Below are positions 13,505 to 26,680 of a stretch of DNA of 64,000 nucleotides, one piece after another. How positions within the stretch are numbered: the first letter of the stretch is position 1; every line of letters starts with the position of its first letter. The translations under genes and the position numbers were made by a program. Source of the stretch: Mobula hypostoma (Eukaryota); NCBI RefSeq assembly GCF_963921235.1, contig NC_086116.1, positions 57,226,001 through 57,290,000 on the forward strand, read 5' to 3'. The notes beneath the pieces were generated by a model, which ran no database searches, was not told where the DNA came from, and saw only the letters and a program-made list of their open reading frames with translations.

Positions 13505-16370
13505 AACCCATGTGGGTACCAATGACATAGGTAGAACAAGGAAAGAGGTTCTACCAAGGCAATTTGAGCAGCTAGGGACCTAATTAAAAAGCAGAACCAA
13601 AAAGGTAATAATCTCTGGATTACTACCTGAGCTACGTGCAAATTGGCATAAGGTCAAGAAGATTAGAGGGTTAAGTGCATGGCTCAAGGATTGGTGTGGG
13701 AGAAGAGGGTTTGAATTCATGGGAAATTGCCACCAGTATTGGGGAAGGAGGGAGTTGTACCAATGGGACGGGCTCCACCTGAACCCTGACGGGACCTGGG
13801 TCCTACTGAATCGCATAACTAAGGCTATGGATAGGTCTTTAAACTAAATACTAGGGGGGTGGGTTCAATAGATTGGAGAAGTATGGATAAAGTAAAAAAA
13901 GAAGTGTGAATAAAGATAAAGCAAAAGATGAAAATGATCAAGAAATAAAAAAGACAAAGCAAAACATAAAAAGAGAAATATCTGAGGCATGTAAGAATGG
14001 AACAGCAGTTATCATGAGGTACTTTAACTTGCACATAGATTGGGTCAATCAAGTTGATCGAGGCAGTCTTGAGCAGGACTTCGTAGAATGCATCCATATT
14101 GGCTTTCTTGAACAGCATCTTACTGTACCTACAAGGGAACGTGCTATCTTATGTCTGGTCCTGTGCAATGAGACAGGTAAAATTAGTGATCTTGTAGTTA
14201 GAGATCCTCTTGGGAAGAGTGATCACAGTATGATTGAGTTTCTCATACAAAAGAAGGATGCAACAGTTCGATCTAAGACCAGCGTATAATGCCTAAACAA
14301 TGGAGACTACAATGGGATGAGGGAGGATTTGGCTAGTGTAGACTGGGAACACAGGCTATATGGCAAGACAGTTGAGGAACTGTGGAAGACTTTCAAAGAG
14401 ATTTTTCGCGGTGCTCAACGTAAGTATATTCCAGTTAAAAGCAAGGACAGTAAGGGTGGGGAGAGCTAGCCTTAGATAACTAAGGAAATAAGTGAAGGCA
14501 TCAAACTAAAAGCTTGTGTATACAAAGTCGCCAAGAGTAGTGGGAAACTGAAAGATTGGGAACACTTTAAAAATACCACAAAATGAGCAATAAAGAAAGG
14601 GAAGGTAGATTATGAAAATAAACAAGCACAAAATATAAAAATGGATAGTAAAAGTTTTTATAATTACATAAAGCAGAAAAGGGTGGATGCCCTGAAGTAA
14701 ATTAAGGTCCCTTAGAGGACGAGAAGGGGGAATTGATATCAGGTAACGAGGAAATGGCAGAGGCTTTGAATGACTATTTTGTGTTGGTCTTCACGACGGA
14801 GGACGCATTTAACATGCCAAAGAGAGATATTATGGATGTGATGGGAGCTGAGGACCTCAGTACAATAGCTATCACTTAAGAGGTAGTGCAGAACAAACTT
14901 GCTGGCCTGAAGTTATAGTATAGGCTTTGGTGACAATTTAGCAAAATTCTCTGGACTCTGGGCAGGTGAATGTCACGCCACTGTTCAAAAAAGGATGTAG
15001 GCAAAAGGCAGGTAACTATAGGCCAGTTAGTTTTACATCTGTATTTGGGAAAATGCTTGAAGCCATCATTAAAGAAGAAATAGTGAGGCATCTGGAAAGA
15101 AATGGATCCATCAGGCAGATGCAGCATGGATTCAGCAAAGGCAGGTCCTGTTTGACAAACTTACTGGAGTTCTTTGAGGATATAATGAGTGCAGTGGATA
15201 GAGGGGAACGGGTGGACGCTGAAGGTGTTTGATAAGCTGCCACATAAAAGACTTATCCATAAGATAAGGATGCATAGAGTTGACAGTGATGTATTAGCTT
15301 GGATAGAGGATTGGTTAACTAATAGAAATCAGAGAATTGGGATACATAGGTGTTACTCTCATTGGCATTCAGTGGTGAGCAGTGTGCCACAGGGGTTGGT
15401 GCTGAGCCCGCAACTATTCACGATATACATTAACAATCTGGAAGAGGGGACCGAATGTGATGCATATAAATTTGCCGATGACACTAAATTGAGTAGAAAA
15501 GCAAATTGTGCAGAAGATATAGAGAGTCTGTAGAGAGATATAGATAGGTTAAGTGAGTGGGCAAGGGTCTGGCAGATGGAGTACAATGTTGGTAAATGCG
15601 AGATCATCCACTTTGGAAGGAAAAATGGAAGAGCAGATTATTATTTAAATGGTAAAAAATTGCAGCATGCTGCTCTACAGAGGGACTTAGGAGTGCCTGT
15701 GCATGAATCACAAAAGGCTGGTTTGCAGGTGCAGCAGGCTATCAAGATGACAAATGGGATGTTGGCCTTCATTACTACAGGGATTGCATTTAAAAGCAGG
15801 GACGTTATGCTGCAACAGTACGGGGTACTGGTGAGACCGCACCTGGAGTACTGCCTGCAGTTCTGGTCTCCTTACTTGAAGAAGGATATACTGGCTTTGG
15901 AGGTGGTACAGAGAAGGTTCACCAGGTTGATTTCAGAGATGAGGGGGTTAGACCCTGAGAAGAAATTGAGTTATCTGGGATTGTACTCACTGGAATTCAG
16001 AAGAATGAGAGGAAAGCTTATGGGAACATAAAATTATGAAAAGGATAGATAAGATACAGGCAGGAAAGTCGTTTCCACTGGTAGATGACACTAGAACTAG
16101 GGGACATAGCCTCAAGATTCAGGGGAGTAGATTTAGGACAGAGATGAGGAGGAACTGCTTTTCAAGAGTGATGAATCTATAGAATTCTCTGCCCAATGAA
16201 GCAGTAGAGGCTACCTCAGTAAATATATTTAAGACGAGGTTGGATAGAGTTTGGGGTTAAAGGGAAAAGGCAGGTATTTTGAGATGAATCCATGGCCATG
16301 TCAATCATGACATTATTAAATGGTGGAGCAGGTTAAACAGGCCAGACGGCCTACTCCTGCTCCTATTTAT
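13505..16370 (+). mobile_element. Long degenerate CR1 LINE with ORF1 SGNH-esterase end and ORF2 (APE + RT)
   Basis: HVGTND and DGLHLN motifs (13508-13850), then SDH (APE), NYRPVSFTSV, QHGFSKGRSCLTNL, VPQG and FADDTK, and the CR1 3' tail. Confidence 0.88.
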
Positions 16371-17113
16371 GGTATGAAAGTTGTCCTGTCCAAGACCGGA
16401 AGAAGCTGCAGAAGATCATGAACACAGCTCAGCACATCACACAAACCAATCTTCCGTCCTTGGACTCAGTTTACGCTGCACGCTGTCAGAGCAGTGCTGC
16501 AAGGATAATCAAGGACACGACCCACCCAGCTAGCACACTTTTCGTCCCTCTTCCCTCTCAGAGAAGGCTCAGGAGCTTGAAGACTCGTACAGCCAGATTT
16601 GGGAACAGCTTCTTTCCAAATGTGATAAGACTGCTGAACGGATCCTGACCCAGATCATACCCTCCAAATATCCAGACCTGCCTCTCGGTTTTTTTGCACT
16701 ACCTTCCTTTCCCTTTTCTATTATGATTTATAATTTAAATTTTTAATATTTACTATCGATTTGTACTCCAGGGAGCACAAAGAGCAGAATCAAATATCGC
16801 TGTGATGATTGTACGTTCTAGTATCAATTGTTTGGCGACAATAAAGTACAAGTAAAGTATTTCTTATGTTCTTAAGCAAAGTCCCCATTAAGGACCCTAA
16901 TTCCAGGCACGTTTCCTTCTACATCCTCACTCTAGTCTTCCTCTTGTGTGAACATACATTAGAACACCTTAAAGTTTTCCTTAATCCTATTTGCCATATT
17001 TCCATTGTGCATTTCCCTCAGTATATCTGTTCCTAATTTCTGCTCTCAAGTTCCTGCCAAAAAGCATCATAATCCCCCCCCCCACCCCACACACAGATAC
17101 AATTAAATACTTT

Positions 17114-17149
17114 AGTCCTGACGAAGGGTCTCGGCCTGAAACGTCGACT
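17114..17149 (+). ncRNA. Minimal type I hammerhead ribozyme motif in a Penelope-like 3' tail fragment
   Basis: AGTC-CTGACGA-AGG gtctcgg CCT-GAAA-CGTC^GACT: intact CUGANGA and GAAA core, stem II agg/cct, stem I agtc/gact, palindromic ACGT in place of stem III. Confidence 0.7.
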
Positions 17150-17714
17150 GCGCCTCTTCCTATAGATGCTGCTTGGCCTGCTGCGTTCACCAGCAACTTT
17201 GATGTATGTTGTTAATTAAATACTTTCCAGTACTCTCTGTTCCTACCACTCTCCAAGGTTATGGTAAAGGTCAGGGAGTTGTGGTCACTGCCTCCAAATA
17301 CTCAGCTGCCAAGAGGTCTGACACCTGACCTGATTCAGCACGAGGTCTACAATGGCCTCTCCTCTAATCAGCCTGCGTACATTTTGTTCTAGTTCAACTT
17401 CACTTATCATCAAAGTATTTATCTATATACACTTTTGAGATTCCTCTTCTCCAGCCAGCCACAAAACAAAGAAAGAACATGAAAGCCATTCAGAGAATCA
17501 AACCCACCCTCCGCACATAACAGTAACGTTGACCCCATCACCCCCAACTCCCACACAAGAACATTGACCCCAAACCCCCACACACAAAACGGAACAAAAA
17601 CATCTGCCCCAAATCTCCCTCCCCCGCACAAAAAACTAACAGAATGCAACAAGGAGCCCCAACCCCCCTCCCTCACACAACAAACTGGAAAGGAGCTGTG
17701 AACAATGATCACCA

Positions 17715-18170
17715 GAGCAACACAAACAAAACACTGGAGGAATTTAGCAGGTGAGGCAGCACCCATGGAAACGAATACACAGTTGACATTGCAAGCCAAG
17801 ACCCTTCATCAGGACCAGAAAGGAAGGGGGATGATGTCAGAATAAAAAGTTTGGGGGGGGGGTAATGAGGACTAGTTTGAAGGTGAAAGGTGAAGCCAGG
17901 TGGATGGGAAAGGTAAAGGGCTAGAGAAGAAGGAATCTGATAGGAAAGCAAAAAGTGAGGCGGGTGCACCAAGTGAGGAGAAGAGGTAAGAGGCAAGAGT
18001 GGGGAATAGGAACGGGGAGGGAAAGGGGAAATTAAAAAGAGGAAAACACATTACCGTAAGGGGAAATCATTAGGTTGGAGGCTACCCAGACGAAATAGGA
18101 GGTGTTGCTCCTCCGCCCTGAGAGTGGAGAAGTGGAAGTATAGACCGAAATATCGGGACGCGAATGGGGA
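17715..18170 (-). mobile_element. Penelope-like 3' terminal fragment
   Basis: Reverse complement resembles 46130-46580 (cttcgtctgggtagcctccaacc... tail). Confidence 0.7.
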
Positions 18171-18379
18171 TCAGCCCTGATGTAAATCGGGTGACAGCTT
18201 TGACAAGACACCTCCCGCAAAAAAAAGGCAGAATTTCCCGGTGGCCAATGATTTTAATTCCTATCCCCATTCGTTTCCATAGACGCTGCCTGATCTGCTG
18301 AGTTCCTCCAGCACTTTGTAGGTGTGACACCGGATTTCCAGCCTCTACAGAATCTCCTGTGGTAATCATCACCAGCAGC

Positions 18380-18760
18380 TATTTATCGAAACAAGCGGCC
18401 AGAGTTCAATTACGAACCTCATCATCATTCCAGATAAACGCCTACTGATTTCTACCTCAAAGCCCGCCGGTTTCAATAACTTTACATACGCACAGTCTAT
18501 GTAAATTTCCCTCGGCTGCTCAGTAAATCATCCACCGCCACAGAGCGCTTCCGCACCTCGCCGCTGCGGCTTCGGGGTCACCTGATCGCTTCGCGCAAGC
18601 GCAGAGCTGCCCGTCCTTGCAAAACAACAGCATGGGCGAGTCCGTTATGGAACACGTTACGGTGTTCCTCAGCAACACGCACACGTACGGCGACTGTTTA
18701 TTCACGGCCTGGCCTGTTGAGTTTGTTTTTGTGCGGGTTGCTTGGATTTCCAAAATCTAC
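18380..18760. promoter_or_regulatory. CpG-rich island in non-repeat sequence, possible promoter
   Basis: Dense CG dinucleotides (cctcgccgctgcggcttcgggg...tcgcgcaagcgc) against a CpG-depleted background; no TE motif recognised. Confidence 0.45.
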
Positions 18761-18819
18761 AGGTTTTCTCTTGTTGGTGATAGGTGAGACCAGGTAAGGG
18801 GCAAAGTAGCGTAATTGGA

Positions 18820-21240
18820 CTTAGGTGAGCGTCCAGAGGAGGTTTACGAGGATGATTCTGGGAATGAAGGGGTTGACGTGTGGAGTGTTTGGCAGCTTTG
18901 GGCCTGTACTCACTGGAATTTAGTAGAATGCACGGGGAGCTTATTGAAACCTACCACAAGTTGAAAGGACTAGATAAGGTGGATGTGGAGAGGATGTTTC
19001 CTCTGGTGGGGGTATCCAGAACTAGAGGGCACAGCCTTGAAATTGAGGGGTGACCTTTTAGGACAGAAGTAAAGAGGATTTTTTTAAGTCAAAGAGTGGA
19101 GAGTCTGTGGAATGCTCTGCCACAGACTGCAGTGGAGGGCAAGTCAGTGGGTATTTTCAAAGTGGAAGTTGTTAGATTCCTGATTGGTCAGGGCATCAAG
19201 GGATATGGTGAGATGGCAGGTGAATGCAGTTGAATGGGATCTGGGACCAGACATGATGAAGTGGTGGAGTGGACTTGCTGGGCTGAATGGCCTGGTTCTG
19301 CGCCCATGTCTTATGACCTACTCACTGGCAGCCAACCAGAAGAAGATCCTTTTATTCCCACTTACTGCCTCCTACCAATCAGCCTATGCCCTAACCCTGC
19401 CAGTAACATTCCTGTAATACTATGGGCTCTTAACTTGGTAAGCTTCCTCATGTGTGGCACCTTCCCCAAAGGCCTTCTGAAATTCTAAATATACAACATC
19501 CACTGCATCCCCTTTATCCTATTTGTAATCTCCTGAAAGAATTGCAACAGGTTCATCGGGCAAGATGTTCCCTTTGGGAAACCATGCAGACTTTGTCCTA
19601 TCTTGTCCTGTGTCACCATAACCTCCTCCTTAACAACTGACTCCAACATCTTCCCACCACTGAGGTCAGACTAACTGGTCCCTTTCTGCTGCCTTCCTCC
19701 TTTCTTAAAAAGTATAGACATTTGCAATTTTCCGGTCCTCCGCAACCATACCAGAGTCCAATGATTTTTGGAAGATCATTACTAATGCCTCCACAATCTC
19801 TACCGTCAATTCTTTCAGAACCTTAGGGCGCAGTTCATTTGAACCACATGACTTCTGTACCCTTAGGTCTTTCAGCTTTCTGAACACCTTCTCCCTTGTA
19901 ATAGTAACTATACTCACTTATCTTTCCTCACACTGTTCAGCACCTGGCACACTGCTAGTGTCTTCCACAGTGAAGACTGATGCAAAATACTTATTTAGTT
20001 CATCTGCCATCTCCTTGTCTCTCATTATTATTTCTCCTGCCTCATTTTCCTATATCCACTCTCATCTCTCTATTATTTTTTACATACTTGAAAAAGCTTT
20101 TTCTATCTACCTCGATATTATTTGCTAGCTTGCTTTCACATTTTATCTTTTTCCTCCTAATGATTCTTTTAGTTGCTTTCTGTAGGGTTTTAAAAGCTTC
20201 CTAATCCTCTGTCTTACCTCTAATTTTTGCTTTGTTGTATGCCCTCTTTTTTGCTTTTACATTAGCTTTGACTTCTCTTGTCAGCTGCAGTTGTACTATT
20301 TTGCCACTTGAGTATTTCTTTATTTCTGGAATATATTTATCCTGCATCTTCCTCATTTTCTCCAGAAACTTAAGCCATTGCTGCTCTGCTGTCATCCCTG
20401 CTGGCATCTCCTTCTAATTTACTTTGGCCAACTCCTCTCTCATACCACTATAATTTCCTTTTCTCTATTGAAATACTGCTACGTTAGACTCTCCTTTCTC
20501 CCTATCAAATTTCAAGTTGAACTCAATCATATTGTGATCACTACTTCCTAAGGGTTCCTTTTCCTTAAGCTCCCAAATCACCTCCGGTTCATTACATAAC
20601 ACCCTATCCAGTATAGCTGATCCCCATTAGGCAAGTTGCTCTAAAAAGCCATCTCGTAGGCATTCAACAAATTCACTCTCTTGAGATCCATCACCAACCT
20701 GATTTTCCCAATCTACCTTCATGTTAAAATCTCCCATGACTATCATAACATTGCCCTTTTGACACACCTTTGCTACTTACCGTTGTATTCTGTAGTCCAT
20801 ATCCCAGCTACTGCTTGGAGGCCTGTATATAACTGCCATCTGGGTCTTTTTACCCTTGCTGTTTCTTAACCCACAAAGATTCAACATCTTCTGATCTTAA
20901 GTCGCATCTTTTTCATGATTTGATGCTATTCTTTACCAGTAGAACCACGCTACCTTCCCATCCTCCTGATAAAATGTTTAACCTTGGACATTCAGCTGCT
21001 AACTACAACCATCCTTCAGCCACGATTCAGTGATGGCCACAATATCATACACAACAATCTGTAAAAGTGCAACAAGATCGTCCGCCTTATTTCTTAAACT
21101 CCATGCATTGAGATATAACTCTTGTGAGTACTATATTTGCCACTCTTTTTGATTCTGCATCCCTATTGCACTGATACCCACTTTTCTGGCTGCAATTTTG
21201 ACCTATCACCTGCCTGCATTTCCTGACAGTCTGACTGCAC
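18820..21240. mobile_element. CR1 3' end (+, ~18820-19310) followed by a minus-strand CR1 ORF2 segment (~19310-21240)
   Basis: CR1 ORF2 motifs such as LRPKVLKELTVEIVEAL...EDRKIANV. Confidence 0.8.
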
Positions 21241-21639
21241 ACTGTCTTTGCTTTTTTACCATCCATCCTATCCTGAGTCCCTTCACTCCGGTTCCCAAAT
21301 TAACAGTCCATGCCTGCATGCAGCTAGGTAGCAAGTTGCATTTATGCCAAGAGTGCGAGTTACTGATTTTCTCCAGCAAGAGAGACTAATTTATTTATCT
21401 TTGACATTCGTACTGCTTAATTACCCACATCCCACCTACGAGAAACTTCAGTGGACCAATTACATAAATATCCTGGTTACAAGAGAAAATAAGAGGCGGA
21501 TTTTCTGTAACAAGTAACCTGACACCCCAAAGCTTTTTCACCATCTGGAAGGTGCATCAGGAATGACAAACGCTGGTAAACCGCAGGGAAGCGAATATGG
21601 CCTTTATTGAAGCAGGGGCAGAGAACATCCTGGAAACTA

Positions 21640-22790
21640 TGCTCTTCTGCTCTAGAAGTCTGAAATCTGTGGTAAGTAAGTTCCTGGATGGGATTCTGCA
21701 GGATTAGAGATAAATGCATTTGGAAAGATGGCAATTTTTTAGGGGTGGTCCACATAGCTTTGTGCATGGGATATCATGTCTTAGGAACTTGACTGAGTTT
21801 TTTGATAATGTAACCGACAAAGGTGATGAGAACAGGGTGGTAGATATGGTTTATATGAACTTTGGTAAGCCCTCTGGTAAGATTCCACACAGCAAGCTGC
21901 TCTGAAAGGCTAGATTGCATGGAATCTAGGGAGAGCTGGCTAATTGGATACACAGTTGGCTTGATGGTAGGAGGCAGAGTGTTTTGGTTGAAAGTTTTTT
22001 TTTGGACTGGAGACCTATAACTAGTGGTGTGCTTCAGGGGCAGGTACTGGACCCATTACGGTTTGTCATCTATATCAACTATTTGAATAAGAATGTACAG
22101 TGCATGGTTAGTAAGTTTACAGATGTCACCAAAGTAGATGCTATAGAAAACAAAGAAGAATGACAAATTGTGTTTAACCCAGGTAAGTGCTAAATGTTGC
22201 AGTTTGGAAAGTCAGATCCAAGTTTGACTTTCACAGTGAATGGCAGGGCCCTAGAAGTGTAATGGAGCAGGAGAATCTTGGAGCACAAGTACAAGATTCA
22301 CTGAAGTGGAGTCACGGGTAGACAGAGTGGTGAAAAAGGCTTTTGGCATGCTGAACTTAGTAAGTCAGGGTACTGAGTGTAAAAGTTGGGAAATCCTGGT
22401 GCAGTTGCCAAGACTGCTGATGAAGTCACATTTGGAGTATTGTGTTCTTATAGAAAAGATCTTATTAAACTGGAAAGCGTGCAGAAAAGATTTACAAGGA
22501 TGCTCCCAGGACATGAGGGACTGACTTACAGGAAGAAGTTGGACAGGCTAGGACTATATTCTTTAGAATGTACGAGGCTGAGAAGTGATCTTATAGAGGT
22601 GTATAAATCATGAGAGGTGTAGATAGGTTGAATGCACCAAGTCTTTTTCCCAGAGTTAGGGAATCAAGGACGAGAGACCATATGCTTAAGTCGAAAAGAG
22701 AAAAATTTGATAGGATTTTGAGGGACATTTTCATAAAAAGGGCATTATCTTTGTGGAATAAGCTGCTTGAGCAACCGGTTGAGTTCCAGT
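21640..22790 (+). mobile_element. CR1 fragment
   Basis: HSFVHGISCLRNL, VVKKAFGML and VQKRFTRMLPG. Confidence 0.8.
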
Positions 22791-24295
22791 GAAGGGTCTC
22801 AGCCTGAAATGTCAACTGATCCGTTTTATTAGTTTTTTTTTGCATGGGAGGAGGAATTCTGAGGCTGATGTACCTGATCTGTTTTGCTTGTTTTTTTGGG
22901 GGGGGGGGCGGAAGAGGGCTTTGGGGATCTATGAGCCTGATCCGTTTTGTTCGGGAGGAGGGATTTGGGGGTCGGTGTGCCTGATCCGTTTTGCTTGGTT
23001 TTTGTGCAGGAGGGGAGATTTGGGGGTTGATGTGCCTGTTCCATTTTTCTTCATTATTTAGTGTAGGGAGGGTTGAATTGGAGGTTAATGATTGCGCTGC
23101 CTTTTCTTTCTTGGTTTCACAGCTACCCAGAGAATTGAAGAATTTCATAGTATACTTTGAAAATATATCTTTGAACCTTTAAATCTTTGAACCTTTTATT
23201 TATTTCCCTCCATAGATGCTGCCTGACCAGCCGTATTCCTTCAGCATTTTGTGTGTGTTGCTAAAGATTTCCAGCATCTGCAGAAGCTCTTACTGGATGT
23301 CTAGGTACAATAGCAACTCGTAAAAGACAGTTGGACAGGTACATGGATTGGAGAAGTTTAGAAGGTTATGACCCAAGTGTTGGCAAATAGGACTAGCTTG
23401 GATGGGGCATTTTGGTTGACATGAACCAGTGGAGCTGAGGAGCCTATTTCTATTCTCTATGACTCCAAGGCTGCTGTTCCAACAACACCCAGGAATTTCA
23501 ACACTCTCCATGACAAAACAGTTCACTTTATTAGTACCCCAACCACCACAATGAAAGTTTATTGGCTATAGTCATAGTCGTAGTCATAGTCATACTTTAT
23601 TGATCCTGGGGGAAATTGGTTTTCGTTACAGTTACACCATAAATAATTAAATAGTAATAAAACCATAAATAGTTAAATAGTAATATGTAAATTATGCCAG
23701 GAAATAAGTCCAGGACCAGCCTATTGGCTCAGGGTGTCTGACCCTCCATGGGAGGAGTTGTAAAGTTTGATGGCCACAGGCGGGAATGACTTCCTATGAC
23801 GCTCTGTGTTGTATCTCGGTGGAATGAGTCTCTGGCTGAATGTACTCCTGTGCCCAACCAGTACATTATGTAGTGGATGAAAGACATTGTCCAAGATGGC
23901 AAGCAACTTGGACAGCATCCTCTTTTCAGACACCACTGTCAGAGCACTGGCAGAGTGGCTGCAGTGTGCACCATCTACAAAATGTTGTTACTCAGAAGGC
24001 ACGGGATGATCTCAGCAAGAGACGTAGCATCTATGGAGAGAAAAGGGCAGTTGCCATTTTTTTGTGTTATGATGAAAGGTCTCAACCTGAAATGGTCACT
24101 GTCCATTTCCCTCCATTGATCCTGCTTGACCGGCTGAGTTCCTTCAGTGCCTTTCATGTTGTTCTCGTTAATTCCAGCATCAGCATGTCCTTGTGTCTCC
24201 AGTGCTGTTACTCCTCTAAACTCTCTAATAGCATTTTACAAACCCACAATCTCTAGCAAAGGTCAAAGAGGTTTCATACAAACGGGAACAGCACC

Positions 24296-24535
24296 GCTTG
24301 CCTGTCCCCCTACAGCTGTAAATCGTAATCATCTGGATATACAACCCACTATTCCACTTGCCTGTCCCTCTACAGCCGTAAACCATAATCATCTGGATAT
24401 ACAACCCACTATTCCGCTTGCCTGTCCCCCTACAGCCGTAAACCGTAATCATCTGGATATACATCCCACTATTCCGCTTGCCTGTCTCCCTACAGCCATA
24501 CACCATAATGATCTGGATATACACCCCACTATTCC
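24296..24535. repeat. 60-bp minisatellite, 4 copies
   Basis: gcttgcctgtccccctacagccgtaaaccgtaatcatctggatatacatcccactattcc x4; the units line up exactly with the 60-nt rows. Confidence 0.92.
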
Positions 24536-24639
24536 TTCATTGTCACTACACAGAAATCCTTGATCCCTATCTCCTTATCCGTATTGTGGAAGTATCTTGA
24601 CCAGAAAGAATGCACCTGTTGCATGCAGTAACTGATCAA

Positions 24640-25330
24640 TAACTTCATCATCATCATTATCAGGTGGCATGCCCAGTTTGAGCTTTGACTGCCATGGCCC
24701 ACACACTCCTTTTTGGAGTCAAGTGGATCATTTCATTGGTATTCATTTCCAATTCTCTGGCTGCTGTCTCCATCATCATTTGTCTTTGTCTTCCGCTTGC
24801 TTTCTTCCCTTCAATCTTTCCCATAATTACCGTGCATTCTAACTCCTCTTTCCTAATCACATGTCCAATCCCAATGAAGTTACGTTGCCTTTTCATGATC
24901 TCATATATTATTTCACTTTTTGTGTTTGCTCTGTTCATGACATCCTCGTTAGATATTAATTTCGTCCATGATATTCTTCGCATCCTCCTCAAAAATCACA
25001 TTTCTGCTGCTACAATTCGTTTCCTCAAGTTACTAGATATTGTTCAACATTCTGAGCCATAAAACATAACTGGATAAACGTAACATTTCAGTGCTCTGAG
25101 GTGGGTTGTCATGCCTAGTTTAGTGTGGGTCAGTATACTCTTCATTCTCATAAATGTGTCTTTTGCCATCCCTATTCTTCTTTTGATGTCCCAAGTCGCA
25201 CCTGCCATCTGATGTCACCCAGCTTCCTAAGTAGCAAAAGTTCTGTACTTGTTTTATGTCTTCCCCATTTATTCTCAGCCTGTATATAGGATTCTCAATA
25301 ACTTCACAAGGTCATTTAGTCACAAGGCAC
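24640..25330 (-). mobile_element. RTE-clade LINE 3' portion with (TGA)n tail
   Basis: Minus ORF RRMRRISWT..ISNEDV...GHVIRK...GKIEGK...GRQR is the RTE C-terminal signature; the catcatcatcat tail lies at ~24646-24660. Confidence 0.85.
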
Positions 25331-25789
25331 AAAGTGATTGCCTAATTCCTTTGCTTTTTCTGCATTCTTCATTATAATTTCAGTGAGCTCTGTTTGTAAG
25401 TTCAGTCATGGGATTAATTCCACAATCAAGTCACACAGGGATGATTCAGCAATACTTGTCAGTTAATTTCCCTCTATCCTTCTACTGGTTTCAGCACTTC
25501 CCAAACTTGGACCTTCAACATAATTATTGGTGCTTACAAATTAACAGAATTTTAACAAAAGTAAGGGTTACTCTGCCATATAATCAAGTTAAAATTCTTC
25601 AAGGATCACTAGCTTATCATGTTGGAGAGGTTTCTGAGTTCCTGAGGTTCTGAGTGCAATGCCAACTGGAGTTTAAGCCATTTGGCACTTTGGTCCTGGT
25701 GGGGTCATGCGTGGCACAAGGTCAAGGGGGAGTTTCCAGACAAAGAGATCCAACTTAGACGTTAGTGACAGAGCTGGTAGAAGATGATG

Positions 25790-26680
25790 ACTCTGTAAAT
25801 ACCTTCATCAGGATGCTGTTTATTGACTACAGCTCAGCATATAACATCATCATTCCAACAGTCCTGATGGATAAATTACAGACCTGGGCCTCTGTACCTC
25901 CCTCTGCAATTGGATCCTCAACTTCCTAACCGGAAGGCCACAACCTGTGCGGATTGGAACCGTGCATCTCCACCTCGCTAACAATCAATACTGGTGCACC
26001 ACAGGGATGTGTGCTGCTCTACTCTCTCTACACCCATGACTGTGTGGCTAGGCATAACTCAAATGCCATTGTTGGCAGAATTTCAGATGGTGACAAAAGG
26101 GCATACAGAGCGAGATATACCAGTTAGTTGAGTGGTGTCGCAACAAAAACCTTGTACTCAATGTCAGCAAGAGCAAAGAGCTGATTGTGGACTTCAGGAA
26201 GGGTAAGATGAGGGAACACCAACCAGTCATGCAGGCATCAGCAGTGGAGTGAGCGAGCAACTTCAGGTTCCTGGGGGTCAGTATCTCTGAGGATCTAACC
26301 TGGACATAACATATGATGCAGCTATATAGAAGGTAAGACAGAGGCTATATTTAATTCAGAGTTTAAGGAGATTTAGTTTGTCAACCAAAACACTTAAGAA
26401 CTTCCACACATGTATCGTAGAGAGCATTCTGACTGCCTGCATCACCGTCTAGCATGGGGCAGGGGGTACTGCACAATATCGAAGTAAGTTGCAGAAACTT
26501 GTAAAATTAGTGAGCTGCATGTTGGGTACTAGCCTCCGTAGTATCCAAAACATCTTCAAGGGGTGGTGCCTTAGGAAGGGGACGGCCATCATTAAAGATC
26601 CCCAACACCCAGGACATGCCCTCTTTGCACTGTTACCATCAGGAAGGAGGTACAGAAGCCTGAAGGCACACAATCAGCCT
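25790..26680 (+). mobile_element. L2-clade LINE fragment
   Basis: RT-region sequence (actggtgcaccacagggatgtgtgct; IVDFRKGK) and the typical 3' region. Confidence 0.7.
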
